Below the pieces are notes generated by a model that did not search any database, was not told the origin of the DNA, and saw nothing but the letters and a program-made list of their open reading frames with translations. Position numbers and translations under genes: made by a program. From NCBI GenBank assembly GCA_037444665.1, contig JBBILZ010000007.1, positions 1-59,546 of the forward strand: 59,546 nucleotides of DNA, given 5' to 3'. This DNA comes from a candidate division WOR-3 bacterium. Its GTDB lineage: Bacteria > Hydrothermota > Tepidihabitantia > SM23-42 > JAOAFX01. This document shows, one piece after another, positions 19,863 to 28,262 of this stretch; the stretch's first letter is position 1, and each line of letters begins with the position of its first letter.

Positions 19863-20876
19863 ATGCTCGTTGTTATGTATAAAGATGCAAAAGCATCGCA
19901 GATTAAAAAGGTTTGTGAATTGATTAAAGGGATGGGTTTAAAACCACATCCAATAAAAGGTGCCCAGCGTGTGGCTATAGGAATTACTGGAAACAAAGAT
20001 ATGGTAAATGTTCCAGAGATTGAGATGCTTGATGGCGTCATAAATGTAATACATGTTACCCAGCCTTATAAATTGACCAGCAGAGAGATGAAACCTGATG
20101 ATACTGTCATCAATATCAGCGGTGTGCTCATTGGTGATAAAAAAGTTGTCGTGATTGCAGGACCCTGTGCAGTAGAATCTGAAAAACAGACCATTGAAAT
20201 TGCCAGGGCAGTAAAGTTGGCAGGTGCTGACCTGTTGCGTGGTGGTGCATTCAAACCCCGCACTTCACCCTATTCATTTCAGGGGCTGGGTGAAGAAGGG
20301 TTGAAGATTCTATTGAAGGCAAAACAGGAAACAGGCTTACCCATTGTTTCAGAGGCAATAGATAACGATGTTTTTTCTCTGGTTGAAGAGTATGTGGATG
20401 TGATTCAAATCGGAGCAAGGAATATGCAGAACTATTCACTACTAAAAAAGGCAGGAAAGAGTAAAAAGCCGATATTATTAAAAAGAGGAATGGCATCTAC
20501 AATTCAGGAGTTTTTGCTTGCTGCTGAATATATTATGGCTGAAGGAAATTTTAATGTGATACTCTGTGAACGGGGAATAAGAACATTCAGTGATTTTACC
20601 CGTTTCACACTTGATATTAGTAGCATTCCAGAACTGAAACGATTGTCACACCTACCCATCATTGCTGACCCGAGCCATGCTTCAGGAAAGCGGGATATGG
20701 TTTTACCCCTTTCCCGCGCTGCCATTGCCGCAGGTGCTGATGGAATAATGATTGAAGCACATTATAGTCCTGACCAGGCACTCTCAGATGGACCCCAATC
20801 TGTTACCATTCCCCAATTATGCAAGGTAATAAATGAATTGAAGACAATTGCAACTGCAATCGGTCGGAAAATTTGA
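19863..20876 (+). CDS. aroF: DAHP synthase, type I-beta with N-terminal ACT/ferredoxin-like domain (paralog 1)
   Basis: IAGPCAVES, RGGAFKPRTSPY, QIGARNMQN, CERGIRTF, DPSH. Confidence 0.94.
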   Translation: MLVVMYKDAKASQIKKVCELIKGMGLKPHPIKGAQRVAIGITGNKDMVNVPEIEMLDGVINVIHVTQPYKLTSREMKPDDTVINISGVLIGDKKVVVIAGPCAVESEKQTIEIARAVKLAGADLLRGGAFKPRTSPYSFQGLGEEGLKILLKAKQETGLPIVSEAIDNDVFSLVEEYVDVIQIGARNMQNYSLLKKAGKSKKPILLKRGMASTIQEFLLAAEYIMAEGNFNVILCERGIRTFSDFTRFTLDISSIPELKRLSHLPIIADPSHASGKRDMVLPLSRAAIAAGADGIMIEAHYSPDQALSDGPQSVTIPQLCKVINELKTIATAIGRKI

Positions 20877-20885
20877 GAGGAGGTA

Positions 20886-21905
20886 ATGATGATTATTAAA
20901 ATGTGTGCAGATGCCCTTGATGAAGACATTGAAAGGGTGAGAAAAAAGGTTGAGGAATTGGGCTATAGTATAAAAATTTTTCAGGGCGCGAAAAAGACTG
21001 TGATCCATGTGATTGGTGTCACTGAAAGGGAAAGACTTGTGAAGACTATTGAATCACTACAGGGTGTTGAGAGCCTTATCCCTATATTGAGTCCATTTAA
21101 ACTGGCAAGCAGAGAGTTCCATTCTGAAGATACAGTTGTTTCAATTAATGGGAAATCTATCGGTGCTAACCAAATTACTGTAATCGCAGGACCTTGCAGT
21201 GTTGAATCTGAGTCAATGCTGTTTGAAATCGCTGATGTAGTAAAAGAAGCTGGTGCTCAGTTTCTGCGCGGTGGTGCATTCAAACCACGCAGTTCACCTT
21301 ATGCATTCCAGGGTCTCGGCGAAAAGGGTTTAGAAATCCTTGCTCGGGCAAGGGAAAAGACCGGGCTATCAATTGTCACTGAAGTTCTCTCGGAAATTGA
21401 GATCGGAAGAGCATATAAATATGCTGATATATTTCAGATCGGTGCAAGGAATATGCAAAATTTTCCTTTATTGAGGACAGTAGGACGCTTTAACAAACCA
21501 GTACTTTTAAAACGTGGTATGTCGGCAACGATTGAAGAGTGGTTAATGGCGGCAGAATATATTCTTGCTGAAGGAAATCAAAGTGTAATACTTTGTGAAA
21601 GGGGCATAAGAACTTTTGAGACATATACGAGAAATACGCTTGATATTAGTGCGGTCCCAGTGATTAAACGTTTTTCGCATTTGCCGATTATTATAGACCC
21701 GAGCCATGCTTCAGGCGACTGGCATTATGTGAACTCACTGACAAAAGCGGGAATTGCTGCTGGCGCTGATGGTATAATTATTGAGGTTCATCCAGACCCG
21801 GCAAATGCACTTTCTGATGGTAAACAGTCATTGAAATTTGAGGTATTCAAACAGTTGATGCATGATGTAAAAAGGATTGCTCAGGCAACGGGCAGGTCAT
21901 TATGA
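20886..21905 (+). CDS. aroF: DAHP synthase, type I-beta with N-terminal ACT/ferredoxin-like domain (paralog 2)
   Basis: IAGPCSVES, RGGAFKPRSSPY, QIGARNMQN, CERGIRTF, DPSH. Confidence 0.94.
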   Translation: MMIIKMCADALDEDIERVRKKVEELGYSIKIFQGAKKTVIHVIGVTERERLVKTIESLQGVESLIPILSPFKLASREFHSEDTVVSINGKSIGANQITVIAGPCSVESESMLFEIADVVKEAGAQFLRGGAFKPRSSPYAFQGLGEKGLEILARAREKTGLSIVTEVLSEIEIGRAYKYADIFQIGARNMQNFPLLRTVGRFNKPVLLKRGMSATIEEWLMAAEYILAEGNQSVILCERGIRTFETYTRNTLDISAVPVIKRFSHLPIIIDPSHASGDWHYVNSLTKAGIAAGADGIIIEVHPDPANALSDGKQSLKFEVFKQLMHDVKRIAQATGRSL

Positions 21906-22762
21906 ACAGGAGAGAGTCAATTGTCTATTATCAGGGAACTGCTGGTGCGTATAGTGAACTTGCGGCAAAAATTTTCTTTGGTAGTGCGGTTAGGACTGAA
22001 GGGTTGGTCCGTTTTGAAGATATTTTCTTAAAATTGTCTAAAAACCATGAGCATTATGGTATTTTACCCATTGAAAATTCATTAATGGGTAGTATTCACA
22101 GGAATTATGATCTCTTATTGAATAATGATGTCTGGATAATTGGTGAGGTAGAACTGAGGATTACTTACAATCTTTTTATGCTTGAAAGAAAATCATCAAT
22201 CAAAGAGATATGGGCACATCCCTCAGTGCTTGAGCAATGCCGTGAATTCATTGCCCAGAATCAAAATTACCGCATTATGCCGTTCTTTGATTCTGCTGGT
22301 GCAGCAGAACTTGCTAAAAAAGAAAATAGAAATGATATTGGTATTATTGTCGGGCCCCAGATCGGTGAAATCTATGGTTTAAAGTGTATCAAATCAGGCA
22401 TAGAAGATAATCCAAATAATTTTACCCGCTTTCTTATTCTCTCAATGAAAGAAAAAAATTATGACGGTGATAATGCCAAAACCTCAGTTGTCTTTGGACT
22501 GAAGAATGCACCAGGTGTGCTTTTTCGCTGTCTGAGCATCTTTGCCCTGCGGAACATTGACCTTCTAAAACTTGAATCACGACCAATCATTGGTAAACCC
22601 TGGGAATACATATTTTACATTGATTTGAAAGGCAGTATTAGAGAGAGGAATTGCAAGAGCGCAATTGAAACTTTGAGTGAGGTTTCAATATTTTTTAAAT
22701 TTCTCGGTAGTTACCCGGTAATAAAGGAGCATAATTATGGATTTAATTGTGAAAAATTGTAA
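21902..22762 (+). CDS. pheA: Prephenate dehydratase with ACT domain
   Basis: YQG..GAYSE, LPIENS..GS, NFTRF, KLESRP, FYID, LGSYP. Confidence 0.94.
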   Translation: MNRRESIVYYQGTAGAYSELAAKIFFGSAVRTEGLVRFEDIFLKLSKNHEHYGILPIENSLMGSIHRNYDLLLNNDVWIIGEVELRITYNLFMLERKSSIKEIWAHPSVLEQCREFIAQNQNYRIMPFFDSAGAAELAKKENRNDIGIIVGPQIGEIYGLKCIKSGIEDNPNNFTRFLILSMKEKNYDGDNAKTSVVFGLKNAPGVLFRCLSIFALRNIDLLKLESRPIIGKPWEYIFYIDLKGSIRERNCKSAIETLSEVSIFFKFLGSYPVIKEHNYGFNCEKL

Positions 22763-24041
22763 AAAGGTTGAAGGCAGAATCTCTGTGGGTGGAGATAAAT
22801 CAATAACCCATCGGAGTTTAATACTTGCGTCAATTGCTCAGGGTGAAACAGAAATTCATAATTATTCATATGCTGATGACTGTTTTTCCACATTGAATTG
22901 TATGAAAAAATTAGGAGTGGAAATTGAAAGGGATAGAAATACAATCTATGTTAAGGGCAGGGGCATTAATGGTTTGAGCGAGCCCGATGACATACTGGAT
23001 TGCAGAAATTCAGGAACAACGATGCGCCTTCTCGCCGGTGTCCTTGCGGGCCAGAAATTCTATTCGGTTTTGAATGGTGATCAATCTTTAAGAAAGAGAC
23101 CAATGAAACGTATAATTGAACCATTAAATCTTATGGGTGCGATGATAGATAGTCGTAAGGGTGGTTTCGCACCACTCGGTATTAAAGGGACTAAATTAAA
23201 AGGCATTGAGTATGAACTGCCAATTGCCAGTGCCCAGGTTAAGTCTGCTCTGATGTTTGCTGGTCTCTATGCCAGTTCAGAGACGATTATCATTGAATCT
23301 GTGCCAGCAAGGGACCACACGGAAAGATTGTATGAATTTTATGGTATTAGATTCAGACGCGAGGGTAAAAAAATAGTGGTATATCCTGTTGAGCAGTTTA
23401 AGGGTAGCATAATTGATGTCCCGAATGATATCTCATCTGCCGCTTTTTTTATTGTCCTTGGTCTGATGTTGGCAGAAAATAGTTTGATTCTAATAAATAC
23501 CGGGACCAATCCATTACGCTCTGGTATGATTGATGTTTTGAAGGGTGCAGGGGCTGATATCATAACAAAAGATTCAAGATTGTATGCTGGCGAACCAGTT
23601 GCTGATATTGTTGTTAAAAAATCAGAATTAAAACCTTTTTATATTGGTGGCGAAGTGATACCGAAATTAATTGATGAAATACCGGTGTTAACAGTGCTCG
23701 CAACACAGTTAAATGGAGAGACAGTTATTAATGATGCACAGGAGTTGAGGGTGAAGGAGACGGACCGCATAAAAGCAATCACAAATGAGTTGACAAAGAT
23801 GGGTGCAGATATACAAGAAAAGGATAATGGATTGGTGATAAATGGTCCTACAAGGTTAAAGGGGTGTGTATGTAACAGTTATAATGACCACAGGATTGCA
23901 ATGGCATTAACAATTGCGGGGTTGATTGCCGAAGGTAACACTATAGTTAAAGATTCTGATTGTATCTCAATCTCATTTCCATCTTTTATCGGGCTTTTAA
24001 AGCAGGTTGCAGGTGATGATTATGTCCATACAAAACATTAA
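22737..24041 (+). CDS. aroA: EPSP synthase
   Basis: DKSITHR, NSGTTMRL, RPM, ASAQVKS, RDHTER, RVKETDR, DHRIAM. Confidence 0.97.
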   Translation: MDLIVKNCKKVEGRISVGGDKSITHRSLILASIAQGETEIHNYSYADDCFSTLNCMKKLGVEIERDRNTIYVKGRGINGLSEPDDILDCRNSGTTMRLLAGVLAGQKFYSVLNGDQSLRKRPMKRIIEPLNLMGAMIDSRKGGFAPLGIKGTKLKGIEYELPIASAQVKSALMFAGLYASSETIIIESVPARDHTERLYEFYGIRFRREGKKIVVYPVEQFKGSIIDVPNDISSAAFFIVLGLMLAENSLILINTGTNPLRSGMIDVLKGAGADIITKDSRLYAGEPVADIVVKKSELKPFYIGGEVIPKLIDEIPVLTVLATQLNGETVINDAQELRVKETDRIKAITNELTKMGADIQEKDNGLVINGPTRLKGCVCNSYNDHRIAMALTIAGLIAEGNTIVKDSDCISISFPSFIGLLKQVAGDDYVHTKH

Positions 24042-25395
24042 ACAGAAGTCAGTTGATTTTCATACTGCGCCACTTTCGGTCTTTGAAATTTTATACAAAC
24101 ACGAACCATACGCATTCTTATATGAATCGCTTGAGCAGAGCGGTGAAAGAGGAAGATATTCGTTTATCGGTGCAAAACCCTCGGTCATAATTAAAGCAAA
24201 AGGGCTTTACACTGAAATATGGGAAAAGAATAAAAAGGCGATAAAAAAGGGGAATCCATTTGAAATTCTGCGCAATTATCTCGGCAGGGTAAAATACCCT
24301 TTGAGATTGGCACCATTTTCTGGTGGTGCAGTTGGATATGTGGCTTATGATGCAATAAGATATTTTGAAAAGATACCAGATATGAATCCTGATGAGTTGG
24401 ATATTCCTGAGCTATATTTTATCTTTCCTGAAGAATTGATTTTATTTGACCACAAATATGGAATTGCACATATAGTCTGTTATCATAAAGATAGAAGTCG
24501 TATGTATTATTTGTATGAGGTATTAAAATCAAAGGTTATTACAAAACCGAAAATGGTGTCCAGGCATAAAGCGGTCAGTTATGAATCAAATTTCACACCT
24601 CAAGAATTTTGCCGGATAGTGAAGAAAGCAAAAGATTATATTTCTGCGGGCGATATATTCCAGGTCGTTCTTTCCCAGCGTTTTAAAACAGAGACCGGTA
24701 TTTCACCACTTGATATCTATTGTGGCTTACGTATAACCAATCCTTCACCATATATGTATTATCTCAAACTTTATGATATTACAATTCTGGGTTCGTCACC
24801 AGAGATACTTATTAAATTGAGAAATCGCACTGCAATCTCGCGACCACTTGCTGGAACACGGCAGAGGGGACTTAATAAAGGGGAGGATATCAGGTTTGAG
24901 AAAGAATTATTGAAAGATGAAAAAGAGATTGCTGAACATATAATGCTTGTAGACCTTGCCCGCAATGACCTGGGTCGTGTATGTAAATATGGTTCAGTAA
25001 AGGTCACAGAATTATTAATGATTGAAAAATATTCAAAGGTAATGCACCTTGTCTCAAATGTTGTAGGTAAATTGCGAAATGAGTGCGATGCAACAGATTT
25101 GTTCAGGGCAACATTTCCTGCAGGCACAGTTTCCGGCGCACCCAAGATAAGGGCAATGGAGATTATTGATGAACTGGAACCGGTTAGAAGAGGTTTGTAT
25201 GCTGGTGCCATTGGTTATTTTGATTTTTCCGGAAACATGGATTTCTGCATTGCCATTCGCACAATATTGTTAAAGGACAGCATTGCATATATCCAGGGTG
25301 GGGCAGGGATTGTAGCGGATTCCATTCCCGAGAACGAGTATCAGGAAACCATTAATAAGACAAAGGCATTGATGCAGGCACTGGAGCAGATATGA
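24022..25395 (+). CDS. trpE: Anthranilate synthase component I
   Basis: FLYES, GDIFQVVLSQR, NPSPYMY, GSSPE, PLAGT, EHIMLVDLARND, GTVSGAPK; start trimmed to ATG 24022. Confidence 0.94.
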   Translation: MSIQNIKQKSVDFHTAPLSVFEILYKHEPYAFLYESLEQSGERGRYSFIGAKPSVIIKAKGLYTEIWEKNKKAIKKGNPFEILRNYLGRVKYPLRLAPFSGGAVGYVAYDAIRYFEKIPDMNPDELDIPELYFIFPEELILFDHKYGIAHIVCYHKDRSRMYYLYEVLKSKVITKPKMVSRHKAVSYESNFTPQEFCRIVKKAKDYISAGDIFQVVLSQRFKTETGISPLDIYCGLRITNPSPYMYYLKLYDITILGSSPEILIKLRNRTAISRPLAGTRQRGLNKGEDIRFEKELLKDEKEIAEHIMLVDLARNDLGRVCKYGSVKVTELLMIEKYSKVMHLVSNVVGKLRNECDATDLFRATFPAGTVSGAPKIRAMEIIDELEPVRRGLYAGAIGYFDFSGNMDFCIAIRTILLKDSIAYIQGGAGIVADSIPENEYQETINKTKALMQALEQI

Positions 25396-25967
25396 TAGTG
25401 TTGATTGACAATTATGATTCATTTGTTTATAATCTTGCGCAATATTTAGGAGAAATGGGTGAAACATTGGTGATCTATCGCAATGACCAGATAACATTGA
25501 AAAAAATCAAACAGCTAAAACCCGATTATATTATTATTTCACCAGGACCAAAAAAACCAGTTGATGCGGGAATGACCTGTAAAATTATTGAATATTTTGC
25601 CGACAAAATTCCTTTGCTTGGTGTGTGTCTGGGACATCAAGCGATTGCTGAAGTTTTTGGTGCAGAGATTGTCAGGGCAGAGATTGTAATACACGGGAAA
25701 ACATCACCTATTTATCATGACGGAAAGAAAATCTTTAAAGGAATTGAAAGTCCATTTTCTGCAACCCGATACCATTCTTTGATTGTTGATTATGATACAA
25801 TCCCTGACTGCTTGAAAATTTCTGCATATACAGATAAAGGGGTGATAATGGGGATTAGACATAAGGAACTCTGTGTAGAGGGGGTTCAGTTTCATCCTGA
25901 ATCAATCCTTACAAAGGCAGGGAAAAAAATATTAAAAAATTTTCTTGAATACTACAAAAGGAGATAA
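25392..25967 (+). CDS. trpG: Anthranilate synthase component II (glutamine amidotransferase)
   Basis: IDNYDSF, ISPGP, GVCLGHQ, RYHSL, QFHPES. Confidence 0.94.
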   Translation: MIVLIDNYDSFVYNLAQYLGEMGETLVIYRNDQITLKKIKQLKPDYIIISPGPKKPVDAGMTCKIIEYFADKIPLLGVCLGHQAIAEVFGAEIVRAEIVIHGKTSPIYHDGKKIFKGIESPFSATRYHSLIVDYDTIPDCLKISAYTDKGVIMGIRHKELCVEGVQFHPESILTKAGKKILKNFLEYYKRR

Positions 25968-25968
25968 T

Positions 25969-27237
25969 GTGCGTATCATAGAATATAAAAATCTTAAAAG
26001 CAGTTTCTTTGAAAATACTAAAAAATCTGAAATGCCGATTGTTAACGAAATCATAAAAAGTGTCAGGAAATATGGTGATTGGGCAGTAAAAGAATACACG
26101 AAAAAATTTGATAAAGTTATATTAAGGCAAATTAGGGTTAAGGCAGACGAAATACAGGAGGCATTTCAAAAAGTTGAGCCTGGTCTATTAAAAATATTGG
26201 ATAGGGCAAGGTTAAATATTGAAAGATTTTCACGGGTGCAACTTAGGCAATTGAAAGATTTTGCTGAAGAGATTACGCCGGGTGTCATCGCAGAACAGCG
26301 AGTAATTCCAATAAACAGAATTGGCATTTATGTGCCTGGCGGAAGGTATTCCCTTGTTTCCACAGTCTTGATGTGTGGTGTTCCAGCAATTGTTGCTGGG
26401 GTACGAGAGGTTGTTCTATGCTCGCCACCCACTTATCATAATACAATTCATCCAACAATCCTTGCTACAGCCAGACTCATCGGAGTTAAAGAGATTTATA
26501 AAATTGGTGGTGCACAGGCAATTGCAGCAATGGCTTATGGCACAGAGACCATTAGACCTGTAGATAAGATATTTGGCCCGGGTAATGCCTATGTTACTTT
26601 TGCAAAAAAAATGGTCTTTGGAGATGTAGGTATAGATTTTATTGCTGGACCGAGCGAGATTATGATTATCGCAGATGGTTCTGCAGAGCCAGAGATTATT
26701 GCTGCAGACCTGTTAAGCCAGGCAGAACACGATATAGATGCAATACCTGTACTTGTTACTACTTCACATTTGCTTACGAAAAAGGTAGATGCGGAAATTA
26801 AAAAACTGCTGACTGTGCTAAAGACAGGTGAGATTGCAAAGAAAGCATTGAACAAAAATGGTCTAATAATCCTTGTTAAAAATATTGAACAGGCAATTGA
26901 AATTGCGAACAAAAAGGCGCCAGAACATCTGGAAATACAGCTAAAGAATGCAGACAGATATGTGGATAGACTGGAAAATTATGGTTCACTCTTTGTGGGT
27001 AAATACTCAGCAGAAGTCCTTGGAGACTATTGTGCTGGTATAAATCATACCCTGCCTACAAATTCATCCGCACGCTATACAGGCGGACTACATATAAAAG
27101 ATTTTTTGAAGCTGCAGACAGTTCTTAAAGTTACAAAAAAAGGTTTAATAAATCTTGGCACAATTGCTGAAGAATTGAGTAAAATAGAAGGTTTAAGCGG
27201 ACATACACGGGCAATAAAAATAAGAGAAGCTAATTGA
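25969..27237 (+). CDS. hisD: Histidinol dehydrogenase
   Basis: GIYVPGG, GGAQAIAAMAYG, GPGN, AGPSE, SQAEHD, APEHL, GDY; GTG start after AAAGGAGA. Confidence 0.96.
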   Translation: MRIIEYKNLKSSFFENTKKSEMPIVNEIIKSVRKYGDWAVKEYTKKFDKVILRQIRVKADEIQEAFQKVEPGLLKILDRARLNIERFSRVQLRQLKDFAEEITPGVIAEQRVIPINRIGIYVPGGRYSLVSTVLMCGVPAIVAGVREVVLCSPPTYHNTIHPTILATARLIGVKEIYKIGGAQAIAAMAYGTETIRPVDKIFGPGNAYVTFAKKMVFGDVGIDFIAGPSEIMIIADGSAEPEIIAADLLSQAEHDIDAIPVLVTTSHLLTKKVDAEIKKLLTVLKTGEIAKKALNKNGLIILVKNIEQAIEIANKKAPEHLEIQLKNADRYVDRLENYGSLFVGKYSAEVLGDYCAGINHTLPTNSSARYTGGLHIKDFLKLQTVLKVTKKGLINLGTIAEELSKIEGLSGHTRAIKIREAN

Positions 27238-27897
27238 TTAAGATTTTTTCAGCTTCTCCTTTAATTGTTTTTTCAGATAATCTACCAATTTGTTAAAGCC
27301 TTTGCCTGTCCTTGCTGAAACTTCAAAGATTTTTGCCTTCGGATTTTTATTCAGGATATTTTTTCTTGCCTTTTTTATATTGAAGTCAAGATGGGATAAG
27401 AGGTCAGTTTTATTAATAATAACTAATTTTGCAAGATGGAAAAGCAATGGATACTTTAATGGTTTATCATCGCCTTCAGGTGCAGATAGAATTGCGATTT
27501 TATAATCTTCACCAACCTCAAATTCTGCTGGACAGACAAGATTGCCGACATTTTCAATAAGGATTAAATCATAAGATTTTTTAATTTTGGGTAATACCTG
27601 GGCAATCATAAAGGCATCAAGATGGCATTCAGTCACAGTATTTATCTGAATAGTATCTATCTTTAGTTTGCTCAGTTTTTCGCTATCAATTGAACCTTTT
27701 ATATCACCTTCAATCACAAGGATTTTATATTCTTTTTTTAATTTTTTAACAAGCTGACCAATAACCGATGTTTTACCCGAACCTGGTGAACCGATAATGT
27801 TTAGCACCAGACTATTTGTTCGGTCAAAAAATTTTCTATTTTCTTTTGCCCTCTCCTGATTGGAGACGAGCACTGGTTTAAGAATATCTATTTTCAT
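27238..27897 (-). CDS. hypB: Hydrogenase nickel-insertion GTPase
   Basis: GSPGSGKT, IEGD, CHLDA, ENVGNLVCPA, EGDDKPLKYP, NKTD. Confidence 0.95.
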   Translation of the reverse strand: MKIDILKPVLVSNQERAKENRKFFDRTNSLVLNIIGSPGSGKTSVIGQLVKKLKKEYKILVIEGDIKGSIDSEKLSKLKIDTIQINTVTECHLDAFMIAQVLPKIKKSYDLILIENVGNLVCPAEFEVGEDYKIAILSAPEGDDKPLKYPLLFHLAKLVIINKTDLLSHLDFNIKKARKNILNKNPKAKIFEVSARTGKGFNKLVDYLKKQLKEKLKKS

Positions 27898-27920
27898 ATT
27901 CTCCTTTCTCTCTAATTTAA

Positions 27921-28262
27921 TTATTCTCCTTCAATGGACTCTACATAAAATTCCCTGCCAGTGATTATATCTATATCTATTCCTCCACACTGCGGGCAGA
28001 TAAACAAAGGTTCTTCAATGTCACTTTCGTAATTGCAGTTTTTACACTTTACCCGAATAGGAATCTCATAAAACTCAAGTTTTGCATTTTCACACCTTGT
28101 TCCATTTTTCAGATAACTAAAATAAAAATTGATTGCTTCAGGAGAAAAACCTGTGAATTTACCTAATTTTATCTTTATCAAACGGACCATTTTTATTTTA
28201 TTTTTTTCTGCCTCTTGATTACAGAGGTCAACCAGCGATTTTGTTACACTGTATTCATGCAT
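27921..28262 (-). CDS. hypA: Hydrogenase maturation nickel metallochaperone
   Basis: MHE N-terminus, CxxC...CPxC, GRE. Confidence 0.95.
   Translation of the reverse strand: MHEYSVTKSLVDLCNQEAEKNKIKMVRLIKIKLGKFTGFSPEAINFYFSYLKNGTRCENAKLEFYEIPIRVKCKNCNYESDIEEPLFICPQCGGIDIDIITGREFYVESIEGE

Noticed and set aside
13299..25968. Long N-terminal extensions of trpF, trpB, trpE and hisD in the ORF track
   Set aside because: They overlap upstream genes; downstream starts with SD or stop-start coupling match family N-termini
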